The position numbers were made by a program, and so were the translations under genes. A stretch of 64,000 bases of DNA from Camelus dromedarius. Its lineage: Eukaryota. Under the pieces are notes generated by a model that was given only the letters and a program-made list of their open reading frames with translations, was not told the DNA's origin and ran no database searches. Position 1 is the stretch's first letter. Every line of letters begins with the position of its first letter. The stretch spans positions 99,264,001 through 99,328,000 of the forward strand of contig NC_087436.1 in assembly GCF_036321535.1 (NCBI RefSeq), written 5' to 3'. This document shows, in pieces, positions 25,426 to 38,590 of this stretch.

Positions 25426-28042
25426 TAATTAAAACTGAATAAAACTAAAAAACATTATCTCAGATACACTAGTCACATTTCAAATGCTCAACAGCCATAT
25501 GTGGCTAATGGCCACACCATTGGACAGTGAAGAGACAGAACAAATATTACAGACATTTTTTTTTGAACAGACCACTGGAACAATTGAATGAGGTAAAAGG
25601 TCATGTTCTGGAAATGCCACAGTGTTCTAAATAGGAAGTGGCAAAATTTTTGAAATGTCAATGAAGAGAAAGAAGGACCTCTATCATCCCACTTGGCTCA
25701 GAGGTAGGAAACACAAAAAGCAGTTCAGAGAACTGCAGGAGGAGCAGTTTTCTCACCAGGTTTTGATCAGAGAAAAAGGTGAAATGATCATCATAGCTAA
25801 GGTTAAGGATATAGTAAATTCTGCTGATGATGACTGCTATTTTTTAAAAGTCTAAGTGAAAAGGTTTAAGGAGTTGGCAAGGTTAGAAAAAAAGGGTACA
25901 GTAAGAGATATAGAAGCCCTAGAAGGATGAGAGACTAGGGGATTAATGGAAATCCATTATGGTGGGAGTATGCTGTAAATACTATGGAAATTAGCAAAAG
26001 CTGCAAGTGGGAGAATTTTTGCCCCATTTGGTGAACCAGCACACCACTGGTAGTTCTGCTGCTTGCCAAATTGGTAAGACTATAGCACTGTCTGTTTTTC
26101 ATGAGGAGCACCTCTACATTTCTTCTGATGGAATATGGGGTCAAGAGATGTGTAGTTGTTAGGGAACCTATGACTACTTTAGTTCATTTTTGTGAGGGAA
26201 CATAGAAATTGTAAATATTTATGACCAATGGCATAAAAAGACATAAGACAGGCAGATACGGAGGTTTTCTAGATATGAAAGATTTTATATATTGTATTAA
26301 TGATTTTTTTTGAAAGGGACAAGTAATCAATGAAATATTTTACTGGGAGAAGTAGAACAACCAGATTTGTAACTTTATAAACTTTTATGCAATACTAGAG
26401 TTAAAAAGAACAAAAAAAGTATGGTTCTTTCAAGATCCCAAAAAGATAAAATCTATAATGTCATCACAATTCATAGTTGTGTCAGGTTCATGGACATACT
26501 TTTTGTTTGTGTTATATTATGTGCAATACTTAGGGAAGACAATTTGTGTTCACTCCCTGGATATGCATGTCTCCTCATTGTTCTGGAATAACTCTGTAAA
26601 AGAAAAGTGATGAGACTCACTCCAGTCATTGGAAGAATTTATTGATCACATTATAAAATGTTCTCTTTGGAAATTAATAGAATTCCAATCCGAATTTTAG
26701 TCAAAGGGAGATATATTCCCAAAGATTATATGAATTCCATTGTTACCTCCTGCTCTTCCCAATCTTAACCCCCGTCCCATCACCACTGAGGAACAAAATG
26801 AAGTGTAAAAAAAGTGGTAGAAATACAGGCTTTGATGCTCATCATTCCTAAGGGCTGTACTTTCTGTAACATTCCTGGGCAGATTCCCTGGCATCAGGCC
26901 TACCTTGTCCTACAAAAAGGAAGTTCAGGTTCTTAACTGAGAAAGATAAGAAACAACGTATATTCTCTAAAACAAATACTTACATCAACAAAGAAAGGAA
27001 AAAGAAAATCCCTTAAGTTTTTAATTGGCTGTAAAGAATGGCAGAAGTTTAACAATCAAAAGTTTTATGCCTGTGAGAGATTCCTCCAATTTCTGTATGA
27101 TTTTCTTTTGATGGGCATTATAACCCAATAGCATCAATCTTCTCCAAATGTTAACAAATTTAATATCCTTTAATTGATCTCCATTTGGAATTCACTACCA
27201 GCTAATGAATCTCTTTATTTTTATTTCATTTCTATTCTTTCTATTCTAAATTACTATATAGGGTTTACTCTGATATCTGGTTATCCTCTAGTAAATACTT
27301 GCTATTATGGAATCTTTATTTTGTGTTTTCTCTTATTTTCTTTGGATTTACAATTTCAAGTATCGTATCTTTCAAAAATCTCTCCTAGATAAAATTTCTT
27401 AATTATCAAAAGCAAAGCAACACAAATAAACAAAAATGAAAGAAAAACAACAAATTTCAATAGACGGAATTAAAAATATTTATATAATGGAGAAAGGGAT
27501 AATATACTCTATGGGTAAAGAGTACATAATGGCAAACAAGAACAATATGAATACCCAGTAACAGCTGGAGAAATGAATCTAAAAAGATAATTCCCAAAAG
27601 AAAGTACAAATCATTTCATGTATCATTTCAATATATGCATATAAAGTACTCATTTTATGACAGATTTTGAGTTGAGTTTGAAGGATATAGTAATAAAGAC
27701 AAACAGAATCCATTTTGCATTCATGAAACGGTGTAGCAATAATGATACACTGAACAAATAATTACTAAATTATTTAAATGCCATCCTGACATTAACTATG
27801 AAGACAAGAGGATCATCTAAGAATACTGGCCATTATTAAAAATGGTACTAAGAAAGTGATATTAAGTACAAACTTGAGAAATGACCAGGAAGTAGAAAAT
27901 GGAGTTGGTACAGACAAGCAGATACATGTAATGTTTTGGGGGGCAAGAATTAGCTTTGCAAGCTTTATAAATAAAGGAAAACATAAGATGATTAAAATAA
28001 AACTAAATGGGTAAATGGAACACAAAGGATGAAGAAGTTACG

Positions 28043-28448
28043 TGTTGCAGAAGACATTATTTGCCCAGAGTTCTTTCCCTCTCTGCTTTACCATTATTTA
28101 CTGTGAGTGGAGTAAAATTCTCCCATCACTAAGCTTGGCTGTATAACTTGACTTAATGGATGAAATGTACATGGAAGTGAGAGGCAAGTTCTGTCTCAAA
28201 GTCATATGAGACCCTCTTCAGCTTCTGATGTCAACTGTGTGAAGATATACCTTAGGTAACCTTAGCTCATCAGCCCAGGATGAAAATGAATACATCTTGA
28301 TCTAACCACAGTCTTAATTCAGCCTAGTCAGCTAAGACAAGCCAACAGCAACCAAACCACAACCAACCTACAGACTCATGAGTATAAAATAAATAATTAT
28401 TGTTGAAAGTCACTGAGATTTGGTGGTTATTTACTATGCAAAACTGCA
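28043..28448 (+). mobile_element. Old MaLR solo LTR (MLT1H/I/J-like)
   Basis: CTTGGCTGTATAACTTG...GAAATGTACATGGAAGTGA...AACCTACAGACTCATGAG...AAATAATTATTGTTGAAAGTCACTGAGATTTGG...TTACTATGCAAAA. Confidence 0.75.
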
Positions 28449-29115
28449 GTTTCTGGCTATTTGAAATTTATTTTTAATAAAAAAATATTTAATAAATTAG
28501 AAAAGATGTTGCCATCTTTATTATGTTGAGACCTTCAATTCAAGAATATGGCTGAGCTTTCCATAAGTTCGTTTCCTTTGGAGTGCCTTGATAGCAATTT
28601 TTTTTCATATTGTTACTGTACACAATATTTTAAAAGTATAGGCCTAGGTATTTAATCTTTAATCATGCTTGTTGTTATGGTATTTGATATTGATATAAAA
28701 CTTTTTACAGAAAGTTGTTTCAAAAAAAGAAGAAAGTTGATTTACACAGACTTGTATGTGTCTGAATTTTTTTTTTCCCTTTGGCTTCAATTTTGTATTT
28801 TTTTAGACTGATGACAAAAGCATGTTTAAATAATTTAGGGAAATATTTATATAGATATGGAGAAGTTGAAAGTCCAGATGAATAAACATGAGTAACTTTA
28901 AACCTGTCTAGTAATAAAAATGCAAATTTAATTAAACAATGCTATTTGGGAAAGTTTTGGGTTGATTTAGAAATAAACATTGATTTAATAAAAATACTGA
29001 ATATATTTATTTATTACTGATACATGTGTAGAAATGTATACCTTTTAAAAAAAGTAATACTTCAGTGTGTATTAAGAGCCAAGTAAATTTTCATACCTTT
29101 TATCTGATGTATTGA

Positions 29116-29768
29116 TGTTTCAGGACCCACGTATGTTTCACATCAGATTTATTTGCTAAGCATCAGTTCCCACATAGGCTGTTTGCCATCCCTGGTAACC
29201 ATCTCATGTCATAGCATATTTAGTAACCTAGGCTGCATTTTATATGAGTGCTAGATCCTTTGCATGGCTTCTATGATGTCTACCATGGTGAAAGCTACAG
29301 CATAGTGAATGCCCACTCAACAAGTCCCAGAATGAGCTGGCCTGAACCACTTCTGGATCCAAATAATATAGTACACCAGAGAGCATGAGACCTGGATTCA
29401 TGGGCTTCTCTCAGGAGCATTTGACATATCCTGGAAATGTGACGAAGTTAACAGCTCATAAAGCAAACATTAGCCATTAAGAGACAGGAGAAAGAAAAAC
29501 TTCCTCTTTCTTCCTCTCTCTGATGGACTATTTCAAAGCCTAGTGAGTGGTTCCATCTGTCCTATGTAGATTGTACTACATAATCAAGATAATAGCTGTA
29601 TTTTTTCATATGAAGTAATATGTTACCCTTATTTACCTTTACTTTTACTCAGAATCACTTCTCAGTTTCCGTAATTTGCTGTCCTGGAGGATTATACCTT
29701 CATTTAAAGCATCAGCACTAAGCTATGCAACAGAGTTATTCTTTTCCTAAAGAACCAAGACTAAGACA
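29116..29768 (+). mobile_element. ERVL solo LTR (LTR16-like), flanked by degenerate old L1 sequence
   Basis: TG...CA termini with the LTR16-like 3' end AAGAACCAAGACTAAGACA and internal AGCCATTAAGAGACAGGAG...TGATGGACTATTTC. Confidence 0.6.
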
Positions 29769-32700
29769 TATATGAATTCTGAAAATACTTCCTTTAGTGT
29801 AAAAAGTGTTCATGCAAAAAAGATGTTCTTTTAACATAATTTGTAAAACAATGAAAAAATTAGATGCATATTAAATTCTCAATAGCAGGAAACATTTTCA
29901 TTATTTTTCTCCATGTATTAGAATTCTTCTCATCAATAAATGATTATACATAGATTTTGAAATAATACAATGAGGAAATTCAGTAATGTCAAGTGAAACA
30001 AGCAGAACAGAGGATTATTTACACAGTATGATTTCAAAAATAAATATACTTAAAATTTCAATAGTTTGGTGGAAAATACACAAATATTAGGTTATTTTCA
30101 TATATGAAAAAATTTATCCATATTTTATATTTTTCTTGCTCTAGTAATCAACACAGGGTAAATATTATTTGTAATATGTTCAGGAGTGGTCTTCTAATTT
30201 TAGAAACCCAAATCCAAACTTGTATTTAGCTAGTTATGTTATATGAAGAATAACCAAGTGGTGAAACACTTTGAAATCATACTCTGAAATTTGGTAAAAT
30301 TCTAAACATTGAATAAAAATGCAAAGTAATACAGTGTTCTAGAGGCATGAAAACAGGTTTGTTCTATAAACTGGAACAAGTCTTCAAGGCTCGGAAAGCA
30401 AGCATCTTTACCATAATTTAGACTATGAACCAATTTGTAAAATGCAACAAACTATAAAGTCATAAACATTAATCTTTAAAACGAAAGCCCAGAGTATACC
30501 AAAGAATAAATATGTAACAGTATAAAGTATAAAGGTTTAAAAATATAAAGTTTAAAGATGACTGCTTATATAAATACCTTAAAATTTTTCTTTCACAAAA
30601 AGATTAGTATTCCTTTAACTTTAACATTAAATAAAAATGGAATATATTCTTTATAAAATCAATTTCAAAACTCATTAAGTAGAAGAATATAATTCTCCTC
30701 AAACTGTATTCTATAGTAAGGGTCCCTGATATACTCTTTTCTAAATTATTCCATATGTATTATTCTAGATATTCTATAGATGGTGTGATATGAATTATAT
30801 AAAGGAAATGTTGACAAGGGGATTGCTTTCCGCTTTAAAATATGAAGATTATTAGGCCACAATTTGCTCCTAGACATTCAATATCCTTTTTTATTTCACC
30901 ATGCCCATATTTTTACTGCTATGTTTCGTAACAGATGATAAATATTATCATGATTAATGTATTAGGCTGTTATTGAAAAGACTGTATGTGATCAAAAATC
31001 CTCACGCTGAGATTTACTAAAAATAATCTTTTGTTGGGTAATGGCAGCTGTTACTTTCAAGATTTGTTAGGTTTTGTATTGCTGAGGATGTTTATTGCTT
31101 GCCCTTTCAACAAGCAGATCCATTCTTTCCTTAACTTATACAATAACCACTTAGTATAAGGATTGCTATTCAAAATACTGATGGTCACATCTAAAAACAC
31201 AGCACTCAAAAAATGAAATAAAATTTGCAGGATACCAAATCCCACTTGTGCCTCCTCTCTTCTTTTCTTCCTCTCTCCCTCTGTCTCTCCCACTCTCGTA
31301 GGCATAATGATTGAAATAACCAAGTTACTCACATTTTGTATTGAGGTACTTGTTAAAGAGCAAAAATTGAGAAAAAAATAATGTTTCTACCTATTATCCT
31401 TCCAAGAATTCTACTTTAGTCCTATGGCTGGACCTAAAGCAGAAATCAAGATATTTGTATTTTCTGCTTCTGTGAAGAGTGATGCCATTGGCGGGAGAAT
31501 TTTTCTTTTAAGTGAAAGCAAGAGGGAAATAATAGAAATGGGTCATCTTAATTGCACTTATTTGTCTTATGTTGTAGTTTTTGACAACTTGACCTAATAG
31601 GCCTGTACACTAAAACTTTACATATGATAATTATTTTATTACCACTTTACCTTGTAAGGGTCTTGATATTTCAAAATGCATCCATATTCATATTCCACAG
31701 AATCACATTATGGTCATCGGTAAACAATAAACCAATAAACCTGATTTGCTCCATGATCTGAGTTTAAGTAACAAAATACCTCAAACATAACTTTTATTAA
31801 AGTTTCTACTGACTTTCTTGTTTGCTTCCCTAAACTACACTTTCCTTGAGAGAAGAAACTACATTCTATTTATGTTTGTGTTAGAGTCAGTGTCCCATTC
31901 CTTGCAAAGAGCCAGTGGATCATTATTGGAAAGATGAGTGAATTCACCACTTGACAGACTGTGAGGAAATGGGTCAAAAATTAGGTAAGCCTGATAGAGT
32001 GGGAAGAATTACATGTCCAGATCATGGGAGATTTTTACCTGTGAAAGTAAGAAAACTAATAATGATGAGGAGAAAGATTAAGAGACATAAAGAAACCACT
32101 GAATATTTTAGAATGAACAAAAATATAAGGAATACAAAGCAGGGAACGGGTGACCAAAAAGCAAATGTTAGTTTTTTGGCAAAATAGTCTGATTCTCTTT
32201 AAGATAGATTCAGGATAGAAGGGGGCAAGAATGGTAAATAGTTTATATACATACATCAATGTTTTAATTAAAAACACTTCCTTTCTCAAATTTCTAATTG
32301 AGTACATCCATATTCTTATCCAAAAATGTATCAGGGGCTACAAGTGAGGCCAAGGGAGGTCAAATCATGGGGTTCTTGCTCACGCTTCCAAAGCAAGTGA
32401 GACAATTCTCATTTCATCTCAGTTAAATATTGACAAGGCTGAAATTTTATTTTATCAAGAATATTGTATAACAATAACAAAATATTAGAAAACCACTGAC
32501 TCTGAAGTCATTTCTAACATTCAGATTAAAGCTGATTTTTTTTAATGCTTTCAGAGGAAACCTGTGCCTTTTACATTAACTGAAGGATTGAGCTATACAT
32601 GTTCCGAGAAGAAAATAAAAGCTTTGATTTTCTTAGGTTAGATTAATATTCCAAACTCAAAGACATCTGCTTTCTTTACTTGTAATGAAACAACCCCTTC

Positions 32701-33889
32701 CTATTTCTATTCAAAAGCTTCAATTATTATCACACCCTGCCTCTGAGAGATAGAAAAATACCTTTTCCTCTTGACTTCACCACTTCAGACACTGACTTCT
32801 AGTGAGGTTAGGTGACTTACTATGGATTATACTAAGAGTCAAAATTACAGCAGGAATTCCTGGTCATCTATCTTTTGTCTTTGCTGCCAGCTTGAACCTT
32901 CACTGATGAACAAAGCACAAGTGTGCTACAAATTCCATCTGCTTTTCAAATTTGTTTTTTAGCATCAGGAACTATATGCTAAATTCACGGTGGCATCCTT
33001 AAGGAAACTAAAAGCCTGTAGTAGAAAGCAAAATTCAGCAACTGAAAAGCAAATCAACTAAATTAAACATTTAAACCAAAATACAAATACATTTATTTAT
33101 GCTGCATTTGTATAGAGGTCTCCAGGATCCTTTACAAGTGGTAATTAACTATAACAATATTTGATCAGCATCTACCAAGAGGTTAATCTCTTTAGTTACA
33201 ATGTAATGTTGGTTAGATAGGCACCATGTCTTTTCATGTTAGAAACAGCTATGTTTACTTAGGGTTTATTCTACATCAGATAGTGTATTGATTGATGTTC
33301 AGAATGAATTGAATCTACTCTCCTATGTTTTTGCTGTCTTACCTTAGGAAGAAAGTAAGTTTATTCTTTTGCCCTTTACAATTACCATCAGATATAATAA
33401 ATAATAGAACACGAATATGGAAAAAAAATTCAGAAGCCTAACAAGTATAAGTCTCCCCTCTTTGGACAGTAAGTTGAATTCAGAGCAGCCAGTTGCTATC
33501 TTAAGTTCCAAATTTCAAAAGCTTTCACATCAATCAAATCGAATATGATGTCTAGTCTTGATAGAGAGGCTCCACAACTGGTTGTACTTGCTGGATTGCT
33601 GGCTTTGCACAATAATAGTGAGTCTATTAGAAAGAAGATAAACTGGTATCTGTGACTGTGGATGTCAGAACCTGGTAACAGCCATTCTCTTTGACCGTAC
33701 TGTTCTTAGAATCTTTATGTCACTTCAGGGAAGATTTTTTAAGTAATTCTAGTGATTACATTACTATTACTACATCACTGATAATAATAAAAAGGTTAAG
33801 GTGAATATAGTCCAAAATAGTGTAGCCGAGTTATTGATTAGGGTCAATGAGTCACCAATGACTACATCTTGCCAGAGAAATGAGCAATT

Positions 33890-34981
33890 TTTGTTTCCTC
33901 TTCTTACTCAAATTATCAACTACATATCAATAATTGATCATTCCCTCTTTCTTGGATCACTGTGTTTTCTAGTTGTCTAAGACATCATGATAGACCTGTT
34001 TCTTCTTAATCATTCTCTATTTCATGTGTTTCTTTACAGTCCCTTACTCCACTATCAAACAAGTAAATATTAAAATGTCTTCTGCTTTTGATGACTTTCA
34101 GATGACCAAGTTTGGACTGTCCCCTGAGTTCCAGAGTAGTATACCCAAGAGTCAGTTTATACTACAGAGAAGTCTAACAAGCATCTCAGCTCTTCATTTG
34201 TTGATTCTTTCCTGCCCTCACCCATACTTTATCTGCAGATTGGCACTACCTGATTTTTTAAGCCAAGAATCTTGGAGTCATTCTGCTTTATTCTTTACAT
34301 TCCTTATTCAACTTGTAAGTCCTGTTGGCTCAGTGTCTAAAATATATTCTGAATCAGATCCTTTACTCTCTTAAATGTTACAACACTACCTATCAAAGCT
34401 ACCGTCAGCTGTCCCCTGAAATACTGCAGGAGCTTCTGTACTAAACTCTGACTCCACTCTATCCCTTACACAATTAAACTCTCATTAAACCATACAAATC
34501 ATATTTCACTGCTCAAATTTTTAAAAAAATGTTCTGTTAAAATATAAATAAAATTTGAAATTATCTACCATGTTTTAGAAGGTTCTCTAAGAAGTACTCT
34601 TCAACTCTCTAAGATACAGATCAGCTGGCCTTTTTGTCTCTGAAAATGACCAAGTGCATTTCTGTGTTATAGTTTTTGAACTTTATATACCTATTTCTTG
34701 GAAACCTCCAACACTTCTCTCCCAGGTCTCCACACAGCTGCTTTCTTTTTATTATCCTGGTTTCAAATCAAATATCAAGAAATTCTTTCATGATAGTCCA
34801 GCTAAAGCAGACCACAGACATTCTCTTTCACGTCACCCTATTTTACATGCTTCAGATCACTTACTACTAATTTTTGTTTCTATGCTTTTAGATGTTTATC
34901 CCTGTTTAGCATGGCATGCTTCACCACTGTATTCCCCAGTCTTGGAAGAGGATCCATAAATATATGTTGGCTGGATGAATA
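33890..34981 (+). mobile_element. L2 element 3' ~1.1 kb
   Basis: TTGATCATTCCCTCTTTCTTG...GATGACTTTCAGAT...CCCTGAGTTCCAGA...AGCCAAGAATCTTGGAGTCATTCT...CTAAAATATATTCTGAATC...ATAAATATATGTTGGCTGGATGAAT. Confidence 0.8.
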
Positions 34982-36151
34982 TAAAAAAGGTTAAAATTTT
35001 TTGAAAATTATATTTCAAGACCACTCCTATAGTTATCAACTGACCTAGCATGTTTCAGTCCTGCATTGCTCATTACACTAGAGCAGGTAAAAGATTCTAA
35101 GCATCTGCTGAACAATTTATTCTGCTCTCAAGCTAGCAGTTGACCAATAAAAAAACAGCTGGAGGTGGCACTTTTAGCTGTCCTGAGGCAGATCCATTCC
35201 CATTACATTAACCTCAGGAGGTATAAGTCAGCCCAAGGACATCTCTGAACAGGTCAGTTTCAAAAACTTCTGCTTCAAGGTACCAAGTTCTGAAAGAATA
35301 ACTGTAGTCACTCAGTATCCTGGTACAAGAGTAAAATCTAGATTTCGATTGATTGTTTTAATTAATGCACTTTGACTCCTAGACACAAAACAGGTTCTAG
35401 CATAAAGACAAATGGGATGTTCAGTCAACAATTATGCCTTATTTCAAACTTCGCAGAACCCCTTGATAAGAAAGATGACTATTTTGTTTATTTGAGGGTG
35501 GATATTCACCTTTGCTTGCTAAGCATTGTCTAATGAAAAATGGCATGACAACTTTGATGAATATAAAAGATTTAAGAGATAAAAGACAAGAGTTCAGGTA
35601 GTTAAAAGACCTAAGTCCAAGACACTTTACCTATGCTGAGCAAATAATTTCACTTAGAGCTCTGCTCTATTAAATGTAACCATATGTTTTAAATTCATCT
35701 TGTTTCTCCCTGCAGTGTAACTCACTGCCTCCTGAAGAATCCCAATTCCACCTTTGAACAGTTCTAACCCATAGAATGCACTCTGGACAATCTTATGATC
35801 ATAATATGAAGACTTTAAAAGCTATTCAAGTTTTCTTCCAGTATAAACATCTTTAAGAGACCTCCTTTAGTCTTCTATTTCTTATGTTAAGAAAGCATAA
35901 TTTCATTCAATGTTAAAAGGATTACTGCCAAGGAAAATATTGAATTGTAAAATATAAATTTAAGTCAAAAATATCTAGGAAAAAATCTCATCTTGGCTAC
36001 TTCATATTACAGGATATTCTGAAGTACTAATTTAAAGTTTTTCCTTTATTTTAGTGTTTTTTGCATTATAAAAGTAATACATGATTATTACAAAAACTGA
36101 AGCAACAAGATGCATCAAAATTTTCTCTGTGATCAAATATGAAATCAACTA

Positions 36152-37583
36152 TTTTATTTTTATTGAAATATAGTTGACGTACAATATTATGTTAGTTTCA
36201 GGTGTACTGCATAGTGATTTGGCATTTGCATATGTTACAAAATGACCACCATGATAAGTCTAGTAACCATCTGTCCTTGTACAAAGTTATTATAATATTA
36301 CTGACCATATTCATTATGCTGTACATTTACATCCTTATTTATTTTATAAATGGAAGTCTGTATTTCTTAATCCCCTTGACCTAGTATGCCCAATCCTTCA
36401 CACTCCTCCCATCTTGGCAACTGCTCATTTTTCCTCTGTATCTATGAGTCTATTTTCATTTTGCTTTGTTTTGGTTTTTTAAATTCCACATAAGAGTGAG
36501 ATCATACAGCATTTGTCTTTCTATTTCTGACTTATTTCACTAACCATGACACCCTTTAGAGTTATCCATATTGTTGCAAATGGAAAGATATGATCTTTTT
36601 ATGGCTGAGTAATATCATGTGTATATGACTCATTTTCTTTATCCATTCATCTATTGATGAACACTTAGGTTGCTTCCATATCTTGACTATTGTAAATCAT
36701 ACTGCAATGAATATCAGGGTGCATATACTTTTCAAATTAGTGTCTTTGTTCTCTTCAGGTTAAAAACCCAGGAGTGAAATTGCTGGATCATATGGTAGGT
36801 TCTATTTTTTAATTTTTTAGAAGACTCCATTTTATTTTCCATAGTGTCTGCACCAATTTACAATCTCACCAATAATGCACAAGTGTCCCCTTTTCTCCAC
36901 ATCCTTGTCAACAAAGATATTTGTGTGGTTACTGTGGGTCCACTGGTGGATAGGGCCATGTCTATGGACTAATAGGCTACAGGAAGGATTCCAAAATGGC
37001 ATTACAGTTGTCACTGGAGTTGAATGAGCTCCCCAAAATGGTTGCTACCAACATCTCTATCCCTAGTGGAAGTTCTATCTTTGTAGAAGGCTCTCCAAGA
37101 TCAGCAAGTTGGTCTGCCTCAGGCTTCTTTCAAACTAATGCGTATGCAATGGGATTCAGCTCATGTGAGGTTGTGTGCATATCCTTGAGAGCATTCTGTT
37201 TCCTATAACCCTCCAGCTGTTCTGAACATAAGCCCCAGGGATTTTTCAAAGCCAGACATTCTGGGGACTTGTTTTCTCAGTACAAGTCTCCTGATTCAGA
37301 GAGCTTGATATAGGGCTTGGATCCCTCATTCCTTTGAAAGTATCTTTGTACTTGTAATATTCCTACTGTTTATGGGTCACCAACCTTGAGGTATGGGTCC
37401 TGACTATACCACATCTCTGTCCCTCCTGTTTGTCTTGTTCTGGTTCCTTATTTAAATATTTAGTTGTGGAAAGTCATTTCTGCTAGTGTTCAGATCACTC
37501 TCATAGACAGTTGCTCTGTAAGTGGTAATTTTGGTGTGCCCATGAGAGGAGGTTAGTTTAGAGTCTTCCTACTTTACCATCCT
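36152..37583 (-). mobile_element. Older L1 (L1MA9/L1M2-like) with its 3' end (36152-~36912) joined to its 5'UTR (~36913-37583)
   Basis: Left part is a reverse-strand 3'UTR and ORF2 end (DKDVEKRGHLCIIG...NWCRHYGK). The right end read on the minus strand is CAGGATGGTAAAGTAGGAAGACTCTAAACTAACCTCCTCTCATGGGCACACCA, homologous to the L1 5' start at ~2995-3050. Confidence 0.85.
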
Positions 37584-38439
37584 GTGAAAGCTCTGGGCTG
37601 AAGTACTGATTTTCAAAGGGATAAATTTATAATCTAAAAGAGAACAGCATAATTTAAACAGACCTGGTGGTAGAATTAGAAAAAAATAGTAATAATCATA
37701 TTTTTTTCTGATTAAAAAAAGTAAAAGAAAATATAACAATATCAAATGAGATACAGCTCATTTATTTCATTGTCAAGTCTAATTAGGAGTTTCACATAAT
37801 TTTAATTCTGTTCTTTTGACTGTAGAAGGAACGAAAGAGTTTAAAAATACTTAATTCTAAACATAGAGAAAAATGTTCTTTCTTTTGTTCTTTCCATGCA
37901 TGACTGACTTTTACATTTAAATCTCTATGCCTGATCCCTCTTCCATGATTCAGTCTTTGTACTTCAAGTGTAGGCTGAAGGCCTTCACTTAGATAGGTAT
38001 GCCATAAATTTTACTTCAATGTGTTTAGGTAGGAGTCAGTCATCACGTGTTATCAGTGCTTTCTTGGAAAGGCTATCTTTTCCATTCCCTCAACAACTAT
38101 CTTAGACAAACCTGTTACCTTCTCACACCTGGGACATAAACCTACAAAGCTCTGTCTTCATGGTTCCTTTCACCTGTTAGGCCCTCTCCTAACCCCTTGG
38201 TTCCCTACCTACCTGATCTCTTTCCCCCAGGGGTTCTTTTTATCCCCTCACTTTTACTACTTTTTGAAAAAATAGTTTTTAAAGACTCAGTTTAATCTGA
38301 ATTCCTAGGAGAGAAGATTCTTGTTCTCCTTTCCCTTTCAGAGGCACAGTGAATCACGTCTTTTCTCTGCCTCCTTTGCTTCCACACATCCTTCTCCTTT
38401 TTCTTTATCCCACTTAAAAACAACAACAACAACAAAAAC

Positions 38440-38590
38440 TGTGTCCGTTCTATGCCTCTAGTACAAGGCATCATGTTTTTTTAGTCATGTATACTTACCA
38501 TGGACTATATCCCTGGTGCATTAAAGGTACTCAAAAAGGACTGTGTGAGTAAATTTATAAATGAATAAGTGAATGAAATGATTGAATAAA
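38440..38590 (+). mobile_element. L2 3' terminal fragment
   Basis: AAGGTACTCAAAAAGG...AAATGAATAAGTGAATGAAATGA tail. Confidence 0.5.

Larger units (their letters stand above)
24940..25576. mobile_element. MER33/MER3-type hAT-Charlie non-autonomous DNA transposon, split by Tigger1
   Basis: Left arm AATATGGTAGGCACTAGCTACATGTG; right arm CACTAGTCACATTTCAAATGCTCAACAGCCATATGTGGCTAATGGC...TTGGACAG. The two arms are internally inverted. Confidence 0.8.

Noticed and set aside
33320..33360. 7-nt plus-strand microexon-like ttag|GAAGAAA|gtaagt
   Set aside because: Not frame-preserving and no host gene identified.
34024..34959. ORFs of 101-116 aa
   Set aside because: They lie within a degenerate L2 and have no protein-like features.
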